IMG/VR virus record: IMGVR_UViG_3300048591_000242
Coordinates: 128,001-192,000 of that record
Reading direction: 5' to 3' (one strand)
DNA length: 64,000 bases
Source: a virus
Lineage: Duplodnaviria; Caudoviricetes
A program made the translations under genes and the position numbers. How positions within the stretch are numbered: the first letter of the stretch is position 1; each line of letters opens with the position of its first letter. Shown one piece after another: positions 50,249-61,087 of the stretch. Below the pieces are notes generated by a model. The model had not been told where the DNA came from. It saw nothing but the letters and a program-made list of their open reading frames with translations, and did no database searches.

Positions 50249-50776
50249 GTGGTATACAAATGGATTAGAATAATGAACCTATTGTACCTTTTTAGCGTAC
50301 TTCTATGTGTGTTATTCGACCTAATACTTATACTGACTGTATCTATAGTAGCTATAAAGTCCGACCTGTCTTTAAAAAGACTAGAAGTCGGACTAGTACT
50401 ATGTATACACTGGTTGTATTTATCAATATACCTAAATATGGCAAATAGTGATAGTTATACGTTATCCATATTAGGTTTTGTATTGTTTTCATCCGGAGCA
50501 GCTTTAAGACTATTGGGCGCTATACTCAAAGAGAACGATACGTATAACGACTCTGAAGTAAAGGAGCTAGAATATACCTCCATAGGACTTTTAGCTTTAT
50601 CAGCTACAAGCTTTGGCGTTATAAGCTTCTTTTCTTCTAGCATTAATTACATGAATAGCTTATCTAGTGTACCAGCGGTACCTATTTACATTGTGTGTTT
50701 AATGCTAATATTCGATCGTAAGTTTAGAATACAACTAGACAAAGCGATTTTGAATTTTTTATTCTCCCACCGATAA
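50249..50776 (+). CDS. multi-pass membrane protein
   Basis: Four to five hydrophobic segments. Confidence 0.65.
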   Translation: MVYKWIRIMNLLYLFSVLLCVLFDLILILTVSIVAIKSDLSLKRLEVGLVLCIHWLYLSIYLNMANSDSYTLSILGFVLFSSGAALRLLGAILKENDTYNDSEVKELEYTSIGLLALSATSFGVISFFSSSINYMNSLSSVPAVPIYIVCLMLIFDRKFRIQLDKAILNFLFSHR

Positions 50777-50821
50777 AACTTAAACTAATAACAAGGGCCC
50801 TATAAAGGGTAGGTATAAACA

Positions 50822-51151
50822 ATGCTTTTAAAATTAATCGACAACACTAAGAACTCCATGAAAACCATGTTAGAAATATCAGTACCCGGTAGAGTCTATA
50901 GAAAGGTAATGGACTTTATGACACCCGGTGAGTTTCTGATAGACTCTGAAGAAACCTTTGTTAAGTTAGAATATGTACCAGAGGCTGATTTGGATAGTCT
51001 GCGTAATGACATAGAGGACTACATAGACCTCGAGTATACCAGAATCAAACGTGGTAAAGGAAGTGATGTCGTATTAGAAGCGTTGGCTGAGTTATATGAC
51101 ATGTTGGTGGAGATTAAAGATACTGGTAAAACAGTATTACTTACAAACTAA
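50822..51151 (+). CDS. hypothetical protein
   Basis: 109-aa acidic ORF. Confidence 0.65.
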   Translation: MLLKLIDNTKNSMKTMLEISVPGRVYRKVMDFMTPGEFLIDSEETFVKLEYVPEADLDSLRNDIEDYIDLEYTRIKRGKGSDVVLEALAELYDMLVEIKDTGKTVLLTN

Positions 51152-51167
51152 ATAAGCGGCATAAAAG

Positions 51168-51195
51168 CTATACTGTCCCTTGTGGGACAGTATAG
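51168..51195. terminator. bidirectional hairpin flanked by cggcata/tatgccg
   Basis: ctatactgtccc-ttgt-gggacagtatag. Confidence 0.8.
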
Positions 51196-51209
51196 TACTT
51201 ATGCCGTAA

Positions 51210-51824
51210 TTAACCTACGTTATAGGCAATACGTAGACGACGCATAATGGTTTCGCTACGAGTAGGAGACATGAAGCGCCCCATGCCACTCCAGTCGAGC
51301 TTCTTAATTTCGTTACCACGTGTAGAAGGATCTGCTGTATTTTCAAATAAAGCCAGTAAAGATTCGATTTCACGACGGTCTTCTTTGCTATTCCATGGAG
51401 TAACATCATAGAAACGGAACAAAGAACGAATGCTGAAAACACCAGTTTTGTCGTTGTGAATGAAGTTCAGGATTTCTTTAATGTTAGCTACAGCTTTAGT
51501 TTCATCTGCATCTGTAACTGCATTAATGATGGCCGCCCTGAAAGCCTTCTGATGCTTAGCACCTGTACGCGCATCTGTAGGCTTATTAGGAGCCATAGAC
51601 TCTGCGTATGTTCTTAAAGCACGACCGATTACAGTATCGCTGGTAGCTTCTTCTTTAATTACTGGTACTGGTGTAGGCTCTGGGGCAGGAACCGGTTGTA
51701 CTTCTGGCTCAGCCGCAGGTTCAGTAGCTACATTGGCTTCTGCAGTAACCGTCTCTTCTTGGGTAGCTACAGGCTCCGTTACAGTAGCCGGTTTAGTTGT
51801 AGCTTGTGAGTTTTTCTTAGCCAT
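51210..51824 (-). CDS. conserved probable virion protein with P/E/T/A-rich N-terminal linker
   Basis: GA..Q..F...I, GVFS...LFRF and A.PSTR motifs. Confidence 0.65.
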   Translation of the reverse strand: MAKKNSQATTKPATVTEPVATQEETVTAEANVATEPAAEPEVQPVPAPEPTPVPVIKEEATSDTVIGRALRTYAESMAPNKPTDARTGAKHQKAFRAAIINAVTDADETKAVANIKEILNFIHNDKTGVFSIRSLFRFYDVTPWNSKEDRREIESLLALFENTADPSTRGNEIKKLDWSGMGRFMSPTRSETIMRRLRIAYNVG

Positions 51825-51908
51825 CTTTATTATCTCCAAACATAATTTATGTTAGTTTATTGGTATATGATACACAGCGGTACCGTGTAGTGCAAAGGGG
51901 GTAGTTGC

Positions 51909-53567
51909 CTACCCCTTACTTACCTTGTAATCTCTAAGCATATCGCCCATAGAAGGTAGATTGTACAAAGTCTGACCAAGGTCTATAGCATTGTTTCGGA
52001 TAGCAGTCATATTAACTCCTACCCTACGTAATTCTTGTTCTGGTAAACCATTAATACCACATACCTCTCTAAGCGTAGTGGCTTTACTGATATTCATAAT
52101 GGCACCGGTAGTAGGATAACCACTGGCAATGTCGACGTCGAATACGTGCGTAAATAACTTAGACGGCATGTTATCTATATCGCTTATTATCGGTGTACCT
52201 CCTTCTGCCAGTAGCTCAGAATGCAAGGTCACGATCCACCCTACCATAGACATTGTAAGGCTGTCCATTTCCTCCGTCATGTTTGGAGAAGTAGCGCAGA
52301 TAATTTTACCCTGTTCCTTTAAAAACAGATGTAGATCATTGGCTAGGTTCTTAGGGCCACTAGTTAAACTACTTAAGTCAGTTATACCACAGCCGGACAA
52401 TACAGCTTTTCGTAGATCACCTGTCTTCTCGTCTAATAGCTCTAGAGATATACCGTCGAATATAGCATATACGCCATATTCTAGTTTGTGGTTCTTCTGC
52501 ATGAACTGATGCCACTCTAGCCCCTCTAAACCCTCCGCCTCTTTGAATCTAAGTTTTCCTAGATTTAGTTCTTCTTTTAAAATATTATCCAAACTGTAAC
52601 TGTGTCTGGCTGCTTCTCTAACTCTATTTATCTTAAAGAAGCACATTGCATCAATGATATAGAAGCTAGCAGGCGCGTCTACCACGTGCCATAGGTTGGC
52701 ATGGTGCTTACTAGTAACCTTTCCGGTAGCAGTAGTTTTCTGTGGATTATCCTTTCTCCAGTTAAATCTTCTATACTTTTCCGGGACTATTGGATCACAG
52801 AATATTTCAGCAGGATCTACGTTATAGTACTCCAGACATTCTACTATTTTGTCTATGTCGAACGCCATGTTCCAGATGGATACAAAGTCAGGTTTTTTAC
52901 TATGTAGAAAACGAAACATTAACTTAACTACACCTAGGTCATTTTCCATGACCTTTACGTATAAATCTATGTTTCTTTCTTTTTTGTATTTACCTAAGTA
53001 ATCTTCAAACAGATCGTGTATCCTAGCTTCTGGATCTACCATCTGACCCAACCACTCACCATTTACAGCCAATACTGCTTTATCTTTAAAGGTACATACG
53101 CCGTAGATTATTTCACCGCGTTCAGAGAAAACATTTGTCTCTGTATCTAGAGTGGCCACTGTAGCTTCTGGCTGATAGGTTGGCCACTTCTCTACGTATT
53201 GCTGTTTTATAAGTGAGGTAGTGGTTATGTCGGTACCGTATAAATAGGGACTTTCCCTAAGTTCTGACATGCGTGCATAGCCGTTTATACCCATGGCTTT
53301 AGCTATGGCTCTAGGTAATCTAGCCTGGTTGGTACTATAGACATCTAGATTTTCTAAATACTCAAACTCCTTTTTGGTTTTGTGTGTGGCCCTATGGCCT
53401 TTCTTGGTGATATAGAACTCTCGTTGAAAATTATGAATAAGGCGCACCTCTGATCTCTCAGTGCCGTCTTGTTCACGTATACGTTCCTTTATAAGGACAA
53501 TGTCGTCACCAGATCTATCTGTGGCCTCACTGTATGTAGCTAACATACACGCTCTTGCTTTTTTCAT
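51909..53567 (-). CDS. family B DNA polymerase, 3'-5' exonuclease plus motif A part (phiKZ gp82-like)
   Basis: ExoI LDTET, ExoII WNMAFD, YSLD.IL, ExoIII Y..FD, motif A DVDIASGYP. Confidence 0.9.
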   Translation of the reverse strand: MKKARACMLATYSEATDRSGDDIVLIKERIREQDGTERSEVRLIHNFQREFYITKKGHRATHKTKKEFEYLENLDVYSTNQARLPRAIAKAMGINGYARMSELRESPYLYGTDITTTSLIKQQYVEKWPTYQPEATVATLDTETNVFSERGEIIYGVCTFKDKAVLAVNGEWLGQMVDPEARIHDLFEDYLGKYKKERNIDLYVKVMENDLGVVKLMFRFLHSKKPDFVSIWNMAFDIDKIVECLEYYNVDPAEIFCDPIVPEKYRRFNWRKDNPQKTTATGKVTSKHHANLWHVVDAPASFYIIDAMCFFKINRVREAARHSYSLDNILKEELNLGKLRFKEAEGLEGLEWHQFMQKNHKLEYGVYAIFDGISLELLDEKTGDLRKAVLSGCGITDLSSLTSGPKNLANDLHLFLKEQGKIICATSPNMTEEMDSLTMSMVGWIVTLHSELLAEGGTPIISDIDNMPSKLFTHVFDVDIASGYPTTGAIMNISKATTLREVCGINGLPEQELRRVGVNMTAIRNNAIDLGQTLYNLPSMGDMLRDYKVSKG

Positions 53568-53640
53568 GTCTCTGTACTCCTTTTGGTCTACAGAATAGAA
53601 CCGATCAATTATTAACTATCTTTTTATGGAGCATTACGGT

Positions 53641-54949
53641 AATGTCAATTTTAAGTGTAGCTATGGAAGCTATTCGCTTTCAAACTAATTCTAAACTAGG
53701 GGAAAGCATCGAGAGTGCTATTAAGCTTATTAGAGGTAGCGATAGCGTTACCGATAGAACAGTAAGTAATTCTGGCCTAGAGAAGGCCATAAAAGATGCT
53801 ACCGGGCTAGACATAGAGGTAGCCTTAGCTAATGGTGAATTCGGTGACATTGAAAACTTTGCGGCTATAGCTGTTACTGACATAGATAGAAACAATCCAG
53901 TACTAAACGACTGGAGACAAGCCTACGCTACTGGCAAAGATGGTTTTAAAGAATTAAGTAAAAGAGATAACGTCATAAAAGGTGAGGTGGATTTAGTAAA
54001 CGCTAAGGTTAGTGGTGATTTTACTAAATTTAAATCTACTCTTTATTTAAGCCGTGACGTTATTTCTAAAGGCAGTAGATTTACTGTTAAGGAGATAACC
54101 GCTATCATACTACATGAAATAGGTCACAAGTTCTCCTACATGGAAGCTTTAGGTAGAAGCGTTAGAACCAATCATGTTTTAATGACGGCAGCTAAGGAAT
54201 TGATTGGCACCAGTGATGCTCAAAAGAAGTATGAGATTCTGGATGAGGTAGAAGCCTTTACCAAATCAAAAATCACTGATAGAAATACCATACTGCAGGC
54301 TAATGAGCCGATGGCAATAACTACCGTGTTGCTAAGTGAGTCAATGATAGCCATGCGTAGTGAGTTAGGTTGTAACATTTATGACTACCGGGGTTTTGAA
54401 CAATTGGCTGATCAGTTCGCTACTCGAATGGGCTACGGTGCAGACATTGTATCGGCATTAGATAAGCTGTTTAGACTGTATGGGGATAAAGCATATTACG
54501 GTAGAATTGGGTTTAGCTTGATGGAGGTGTTTAAACTTACTCTATTTGTGGTTGGAACGGCTGCAACTATTATGCTAGCTACCTTAGCTCCTGTCATGGC
54601 AATGCTATATGCATCTATGGGCGTACTCATGTTAAGTATGAACCCGCTATTAGATGAATATGACAACCCTAAGCGTAGGTTTGAAGTTATTCGTAATGAA
54701 ATTCAGAAAGCGCTTAAGAATACCAAACTGCCTAAGGCAGACAAACAGCGTTATTTAGAGAATCTGGAGTGCATTGAAAACGTTCTGATAAATATGAATG
54801 ATCATAAACCTCTATATGAGTGGGTGTGGCGTAACATCTATCCTTGGGGTAGAAAACAGGCTAAAGCCATTGATGTCCAAAAGGCATTAGAGGATTTAGC
54901 CAATACACGACTGTATGCGGTTTCCGCTAAATTAGATTTACTGGTTTGA
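53641..54949 (+). CDS. virion structural protein with HExxH motif (phiKZ gp83-like)
   Basis: AME cleavage site, ILHEIGH, EQLADQFA.RMGYG. Confidence 0.75.
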
Positions 54950-54959
54950 GGTTAAGAAA

Positions 54960-55781
54960 ATGATAAGCAAAACACACCTTGAAAACATCAAGAAAGAAAT
55001 AAAGGCATACAACGGTGACTCCAGAGCAAAGTGCCTTGTAGTAGCTATGATTATTATGGCTAATGTAAAAGTACAACCGGCGTCTTCTATACCAGAATCG
55101 GTGTCTGAATGGACAGATACTTACTCTAAAATGGTTAAAACTGAATACGATAAGCTAACTACGGCTGTGTACCTAAACAAAGCTTTAGTAATAGAAATGT
55201 GTCGTCAGTTATACAGCATCAGGTCTCTGTTTGCATATAAGCACACAGGGTTAATTTTTGATGATGAAACTATCGTTAATGGCATAACTAGTACTAAAGA
55301 AGAGGCCGATCGCTTAAATGCAATTCAATCGGATAGTATCGGTTTTCTTTTAGACGCATTAGTCTCTAAGTACTCCAATGTCTCGGATACCATTGTCTAC
55401 ATTATGGCAGGTAATGGTCCGGATGCATTTATTAAATCCCCAGATGAAATAAGGGTAGCGGTATCTGAGCTAGGTTTACGTAAAGAAGACAGTACCTTTG
55501 TTTATCATCACGCCATGCAGTTGCGCTTAGTTAAATATTCCATTACTCAGTTTATTTTGGAAGGCGACTACACCGGCTACTTACTGCAGGGTAGATACAG
55601 TAATCCGCTGTCTACCGAACTCTTTATGACTGCCTTCAATGAGACTACACTCAAGAAAGAGGAACTTATCTCTGCATTTGAGATCCTTGAAAGAACCAAA
55701 GTAGAATTTCGTAGTAAGTCATTAAAAACACCAACCGAGCTTAGACTGTTAAAGGTAAATCGTTATGGAGCAACTTCCTGA
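54960..55781 (+). CDS. probable virion structural protein
   Basis: Operon position. Confidence 0.6.
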   Translation: MISKTHLENIKKEIKAYNGDSRAKCLVVAMIIMANVKVQPASSIPESVSEWTDTYSKMVKTEYDKLTTAVYLNKALVIEMCRQLYSIRSLFAYKHTGLIFDDETIVNGITSTKEEADRLNAIQSDSIGFLLDALVSKYSNVSDTIVYIMAGNGPDAFIKSPDEIRVAVSELGLRKEDSTFVYHHAMQLRLVKYSITQFILEGDYTGYLLQGRYSNPLSTELFMTAFNETTLKKEELISAFEILERTKVEFRSKSLKTPTELRLLKVNRYGATS

Positions 55782-56994
55782 GTATTTTGTAGAAACTGAG
55801 TCGGTGCTAGCAAAGATAGCTGAAACTGATATGTTGGTAAGTAACCTACACTGTGTTTACAAATCGGCTCTAGCGGATGGAGTGAATAGAGATTTGGCTC
55901 TATCGCTGGAGTCGATTTGCCCTGAAGCTATACCGAAAGGTCTTTTAGTTCAGTCGTATACGGAGGCTAAATCTACTACTAATCTAAATGTTACTTTAGA
56001 GGGCATTCTAGTTAGTATAAAGGAAGCTATAGTCAATGTACTAACCTATGTGTATGATGCCATTTTAAAGGCTATACGGGCCATTATAAAGTTCTTTAGT
56101 AAGGAAACTAGTGGTAATGGCAGTCAGTCTCCTAAGGCTATAGCTACAGTGGTGGAGGCGGTAGAGGCTAATACTAAATCAGTTAAGGTAGGTAGATTTA
56201 AGGTATCTGTTTCTACTGCTACCTATGAAAACAAAAATCACGCCATGCGGTATATAGAAAACGAATACAAGCATCTTACCACAAATAAGCAGGCACTTCG
56301 GCTATTCAAAGAGACTACTGATCTAATGGTGCTTATTACAAGTCGAATGGATTCCGCTATAGACAATCTTTCTGTTTACTCAGAAGAGGAGTATAGTAAG
56401 GACAAGTTTGATAAGGTTTTTATGGAGGCCTATACTGGACTCAGAAAACCCATAGAAAAGCTATGGAATTCTGCTCCGATAATGGATCTATATAGAACCA
56501 CAACTAACTATTTCTATACGGTTGGTTTAGATAAAGCTATAAAGCTTCCCCCGGTATCTCCTAAAGATACTGACGTGCCTAATAATCGCAGAATGCCGCA
56601 TTCATTATCCATAATGGAGCGCAGAAGGATAATGCTTGCCGGAATGCGAGATACGGCTACCGTCAATAAAGTATCTGTAAAAGAAATGTTTGAAATGGCG
56701 GAACACGGCCTAGATGTAGAATCTTATCCACATGCAATAGCGGATATAGTTAGTCTTTTTGAATCTTTAGAGGGAAGAATAGAGAAATCAAAAAATAGCC
56801 TTATAAAGAACCGAAGTAAAATTGTTAATAGAAATCCTTTAGTAGCAGAACATCGTGAGTTGATTATGGAAAGTGCCAGATATATGGTAATGTTCGGCAG
56901 ATATCAGGAAGTAACTATTACCATGATGCGTATAGTGCAACATGAGAAGAGAAAGATTCTAGATAACTACAACAACTCCATGGTGCCTGCATAA
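55765..56994 (+). CDS. virion head protein with prohead-protease sites
   Basis: ALSLES and TLEG followed by I..I...I..II.FF, typical of phiKZ-like head ejection proteins. Confidence 0.65.
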   Translation: MEQLPEYFVETESVLAKIAETDMLVSNLHCVYKSALADGVNRDLALSLESICPEAIPKGLLVQSYTEAKSTTNLNVTLEGILVSIKEAIVNVLTYVYDAILKAIRAIIKFFSKETSGNGSQSPKAIATVVEAVEANTKSVKVGRFKVSVSTATYENKNHAMRYIENEYKHLTTNKQALRLFKETTDLMVLITSRMDSAIDNLSVYSEEEYSKDKFDKVFMEAYTGLRKPIEKLWNSAPIMDLYRTTTNYFYTVGLDKAIKLPPVSPKDTDVPNNRRMPHSLSIMERRRIMLAGMRDTATVNKVSVKEMFEMAEHGLDVESYPHAIADIVSLFESLEGRIEKSKNSLIKNRSKIVNRNPLVAEHRELIMESARYMVMFGRYQEVTITMMRIVQHEKRKILDNYNNSMVPA

Positions 56995-56998
56995 GGCA

Positions 56999-57030
56999 TA
57001 CAGACTGTCCCAGCTAAGGGACAGTCTGTA
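56999..57030. terminator. bidirectional hairpin flanked by ggcata/tatgcc
   Basis: tacagactgtccc-agctaa-gggacagtctgta. Confidence 0.8.
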
Positions 57031-57042
57031 CTTATGCCGTAT

Positions 57043-59922
57043 TTAAGCAGTTACTTTCTTGCTAAAGGTTACTTCTAACGCATCTGCGATGGTAAGCTTA
57101 CCATTACTCAGTGGCCTAATCTCTGATTTAATAGAGAATCTGCCGTTTCCTGGTATAAGGGTAACTACGTTATAATCACCCAAAGGACTACCGATATCTA
57201 CATCTACTACGTTATTACCTCCGTTTATCTTAAGGCGACTAATAAGCTCCCCTAAAGATAATGTACTATCAGTAAGTACTGAGTTAATAATAGTTTTAGT
57301 GGATTTAGTTAACTCCTTACGAATAGAGCTATCTTCATATGCTCCAGGTACTAGCATATAGTTAATGGTAAACGCTATGGATGTATCCACAACTACCGTG
57401 CTCTTTCCGTCTACTATACCAGTTACTTCTCCTATAGTAGCAGTAGGCTGTAATACTAGTTTAGTTCTAGCCATCATATCTTTAGAGATTACATCTATGT
57501 CTTGCTCTAAAGAATCCAGCACTGAGTCTACTACATCACTGCGATAGGTTTCCAATACATCGGTATCTGCGAAACGATATCTAGCATCTAGCAATACAGG
57601 TTCTATCTCCCAAACCATTCTTTCTTCAGTCAACACAGTAGGTGCACCATATGCATCTAACACTGGGTCACCAGCTCTATACTTCAACACTGAATTACCA
57701 CTACCGTCTAACACTGGATCACCTACATTGTGCAGTATAGTAAATACCGGTGTATTAGTAAGTGGATCTATAGACCACTCTAATTTACCTTCACTGTCTC
57801 TACTGTATACTACACTAGTGTATGTGGCATATACGTCATCGCTATGAGTAAGATAGGTAGGGGGTATTAAATAACCCTTAGACCGTACATGTAGATTAGT
57901 TAGCTCTGTGCCAAAGACAACATCAAAGGTTTCGTGTGTTATACCTATAGCTCCTACAATGCCAGCGGTCTCTACGTCATTGTCAAATAACGCCGGAGGA
58001 TAACTATCCTCCCCTACCTTTATGTAGTACAGGTCAAAGCTAGACTCTAAACCCATCAGTATACTACCAGTTAGACCAGAATTATCGGTAAGATTAACTA
58101 CTTCCATGTTGTTATCTGAGGTTATATCCAGTGTACTTTCTAGTACATACGTAAGTGTAAAATACGTATCACTTATAGATACACTCTGAGCATTTAACCT
58201 GTATTTCTTACCCGAGGGTTCGGTATACACTAACTGACCAATTACGTCAGCTATGCCTTTAGGGCCTTCCGCTGTAATTGTAAGTACAAACTGATTATCC
58301 ACTCTACGGATCTTTATAGCTTTAGTATTTACGGCGTATGGTAATGCTACGTTATTAGCCACAAATGACCTGCTGTTAGATACTGGCTTATCTAGGTGAT
58401 AGGTACGGATACTAAATAAACTATTAGCTGGATCTAATACGTAAACAAACGGACTATAGTAATATCTGTTGTTGTTTAGCTCGCTAGCAAACAACTCAGT
58501 CTCACTTACTCGTTTATCTAACAACGTACCAATCTCCGTATCAGATAAAATATTTATTCCAATATCCGTTTCCTTATACAGTGCCTGAGTAGTTATGGTA
58601 GAGCGCTTGCTGTGGTTAATTACCGATAAGGCGTTATCCGTTCTATCGGTATCCACAACTACCTTACCGTGTCTTACTCCTACGCGGTTAGTGCTACTAT
58701 CGGTATCTAGCATAGGTAATGGTTTTGAACAAATGTACTTACGCTCAGTAAGATTATCCTTGCTCTTAGTAACACTGTAACCTCTGTCACTTAACTCAAA
58801 AGACAACTCTTCATAGGTTATACTTACACGACTATCCGCACTTCTATAGATTACCCTTTCACGTAACTCACTAAAGGAAAGTGGGTTTCTACCCCCTACT
58901 ACTTTGTCTGAAGCAAACAACAACATATCCGTCATTGTCTTAAGTGGTAAAATATAGGGATTCTGTTGATTACCTATATCCTGCCATCTGCCCTCAAAAT
59001 CACCAGAACTAAAGTCACCTAAATCTATGTCTATGGCTCCCTTAGTAGTAAGTAAGTCTACCCTAATGGTTTCCCCTATTACCCCAGTACTTGCATAAAT
59101 TTCTGGTAGCTTAAGCTTCAAGCTACCCTCCGTCACAATAGCTAGTAGCGTAGGAGCGGTAGGGTCGTATACCTGTTTGCTATGTGTTACGCTAAGCTCA
59201 TGCCAAACTCCATCCCCAAAGGTATGATAAGCCCTTGTGTGGTAGTAATGATCAGAGTAGTTTATAGTTACATTAAATCCATTGGATGCAGAAATAGGTA
59301 CACTTAAGGTATCTAATCGCAACTGCTCTACCGGAATATCTATAACCAACTCTTCCCTACCAGCATTATTAGTTATGTTGTAGTTAAGTAGGTTGTTGTT
59401 GGTAGATACTAACGGTGTCTTAGCAGCCATATCGTAGTATACCTGGATAGCTCCGTTAGGTGATACTACAATGTCTATAGGGCGGTGTACGTACCAGTGT
59501 AAACCACCTACTACGAAAGCTGTATCTTTAGGTATAGTAACCTTAGAAGTACCTGAGATTGGATCACTTACTGCATTTAGCTTTAAACTGTTTACCGACA
59601 ATACCAGGGTAAGTATAGTTCTACTAGGAGAGGCAAATCTATCTAGGTAATCTATATCACTCATGTGGTTGTAAAGGTCAGAATAGTTAGTAGCTAATAG
59701 AGGATATAATTCCCGTGATACTGATTCCGACTTTAACATAGCTGCATGCGTATTTGATGCACTAGCCTCCAGTAGAAACATAAATGGATTGGAGGCATCT
59801 ACAATATCAAATTTGCCCTCTGTGGCTTCTTCCAGTAAATCTAGAGCTACCTTCTGTATAAGAGAAGGGTTGTTGTAGTACAAAGCTACTTCATTAGCTA
59901 TTGTATTTTTTGTATTTGACAT
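57043..59922 (-). CDS. large virion baseplate protein (phiKZ gp87-like)
   Basis: NP...Q, DASNPF.FLLE, YP.LA....DLY.HMSD.DY and GG.N..SF..LR.RVI motifs. Confidence 0.75.
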   Translation of the reverse strand: MSNTKNTIANEVALYYNNPSLIQKVALDLLEEATEGKFDIVDASNPFMFLLEASASNTHAAMLKSESVSRELYPLLATNYSDLYNHMSDIDYLDRFASPSRTILTLVLSVNSLKLNAVSDPISGTSKVTIPKDTAFVVGGLHWYVHRPIDIVVSPNGAIQVYYDMAAKTPLVSTNNNLLNYNITNNAGREELVIDIPVEQLRLDTLSVPISASNGFNVTINYSDHYYHTRAYHTFGDGVWHELSVTHSKQVYDPTAPTLLAIVTEGSLKLKLPEIYASTGVIGETIRVDLLTTKGAIDIDLGDFSSGDFEGRWQDIGNQQNPYILPLKTMTDMLLFASDKVVGGRNPLSFSELRERVIYRSADSRVSITYEELSFELSDRGYSVTKSKDNLTERKYICSKPLPMLDTDSSTNRVGVRHGKVVVDTDRTDNALSVINHSKRSTITTQALYKETDIGINILSDTEIGTLLDKRVSETELFASELNNNRYYYSPFVYVLDPANSLFSIRTYHLDKPVSNSRSFVANNVALPYAVNTKAIKIRRVDNQFVLTITAEGPKGIADVIGQLVYTEPSGKKYRLNAQSVSISDTYFTLTYVLESTLDITSDNNMEVVNLTDNSGLTGSILMGLESSFDLYYIKVGEDSYPPALFDNDVETAGIVGAIGITHETFDVVFGTELTNLHVRSKGYLIPPTYLTHSDDVYATYTSVVYSRDSEGKLEWSIDPLTNTPVFTILHNVGDPVLDGSGNSVLKYRAGDPVLDAYGAPTVLTEERMVWEIEPVLLDARYRFADTDVLETYRSDVVDSVLDSLEQDIDVISKDMMARTKLVLQPTATIGEVTGIVDGKSTVVVDTSIAFTINYMLVPGAYEDSSIRKELTKSTKTIINSVLTDSTLSLGELISRLKINGGNNVVDVDIGSPLGDYNVVTLIPGNGRFSIKSEIRPLSNGKLTIADALEVTFSKKVTA

Positions 59923-59937
59923 TAGTTAGTTTCCTTT

Positions 59938-61050
59938 TTAAACAAAACTACCATTGGCAAGATTGCCTATAGCAGAAAGATCGAATGCGCCTACGGTATT
60001 TAAGGTGGACTTATATTCCTTCTCATCCACCCACCACTCTAACTCATTTAACTCATTTATCCTAGGATAGCCCCTGTAGTTAAATAGAAGTTTTTCGTTA
60101 GGTTTAAGTTTAACCATAACCTCATCTCTAACGGAATCACGCATAGAGGAGTTAAAGGTAGCCACAGTTCTATTAAAGTTAACAATGGTAATTGGATCAT
60201 TGTACCTTACGCCATTACAAGTAAAGCGTATACCTATTTGTTTATTCTCTTCATTGAACATGGTATCTGAGTCATAGTTAAAAGCTGCGCCATTAGGTAC
60301 TGCAGATGGAAAGGCTATACCCACATCAGCTATCTTTCGTACAAAGGTTTTTGTAGGGTCTAGTATCAAACGATAGATTCTAGTCTGATAATCTATCTCG
60401 TTTTCAATTATCATTTGTGGGTAAGGATTCATAGAACCCTCAGCGACTCTAGCCGCATATTCCATCCATACTGAGAACAATACCGTAATAGGGTCACCGT
60501 CTATGTTTTGAAAGTTAGCTGTTAAATCAAACGATCCATAATTGTCAGCGATGCTGTCTACCCAGGACACTGTTTCCTTTCGTAGGCCTTCCTTAGAATT
60601 AAAAGCTTCTACTACAAAATCAGGCCAACCGGATAGACTAATAAGGGTATTGGTAAGTAGAGGTATAAAGGCATAACGGTCATCTGTTACTGAGGAACGT
60701 ATGTCCTGTGGATGTCGCTTAGGCATAGCCGACTGTGACCAACCCGGATGTATGCCTACGGTGCTTTCTACTAAAGGACTAAGCGTACAGCGTATAGCTG
60801 CACCTAAAGAATTTGATCCACCTTGCGCTAAAAAGCTTAACCGCCTTACCGCATTAACGTTATCGTATGATAAATTTAGGTTCGGTTTGGTGAAAAAAGT
60901 AAAGCCTTGTTCGTCTGTGTTTGCCGGTACAATGTTACCGGAACCACGGTGGTTTATGCCTCGCAAAATGTTCAATGTGGCTATGCTGGTTCTACCGTAA
61001 CCACCACGCACCTTGGTAATGTCTAGGGCGTCACGTATCTTTTTACTCAT
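59938..61050 (-). CDS. virion baseplate/tail protein (phiKZ gp88-like)
   Basis: GGAG RBS before ATG 61050; G.TFFT.P.LNLS..N, LTN...S.SGWPD and IDY.TRIYR motifs. Confidence 0.75.
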   Translation of the reverse strand: MSKKIRDALDITKVRGGYGRTSIATLNILRGINHRGSGNIVPANTDEQGFTFFTKPNLNLSYDNVNAVRRLSFLAQGGSNSLGAAIRCTLSPLVESTVGIHPGWSQSAMPKRHPQDIRSSVTDDRYAFIPLLTNTLISLSGWPDFVVEAFNSKEGLRKETVSWVDSIADNYGSFDLTANFQNIDGDPITVLFSVWMEYAARVAEGSMNPYPQMIIENEIDYQTRIYRLILDPTKTFVRKIADVGIAFPSAVPNGAAFNYDSDTMFNEENKQIGIRFTCNGVRYNDPITIVNFNRTVATFNSSMRDSVRDEVMVKLKPNEKLLFNYRGYPRINELNELEWWVDEKEYKSTLNTVGAFDLSAIGNLANGSFV

Positions 61051-61087
61051 TTGAAAAACTCCAAAACAATGTATTTTGAGGACATTT

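Noticed and set aside
53555-53640. Long 5' extensions in the ORF track (also at 61051-61278, 37144-37197 and 33345-33401)
   Set aside because: RBS position and overlap with neighbouring genes favour the downstream ATGs.
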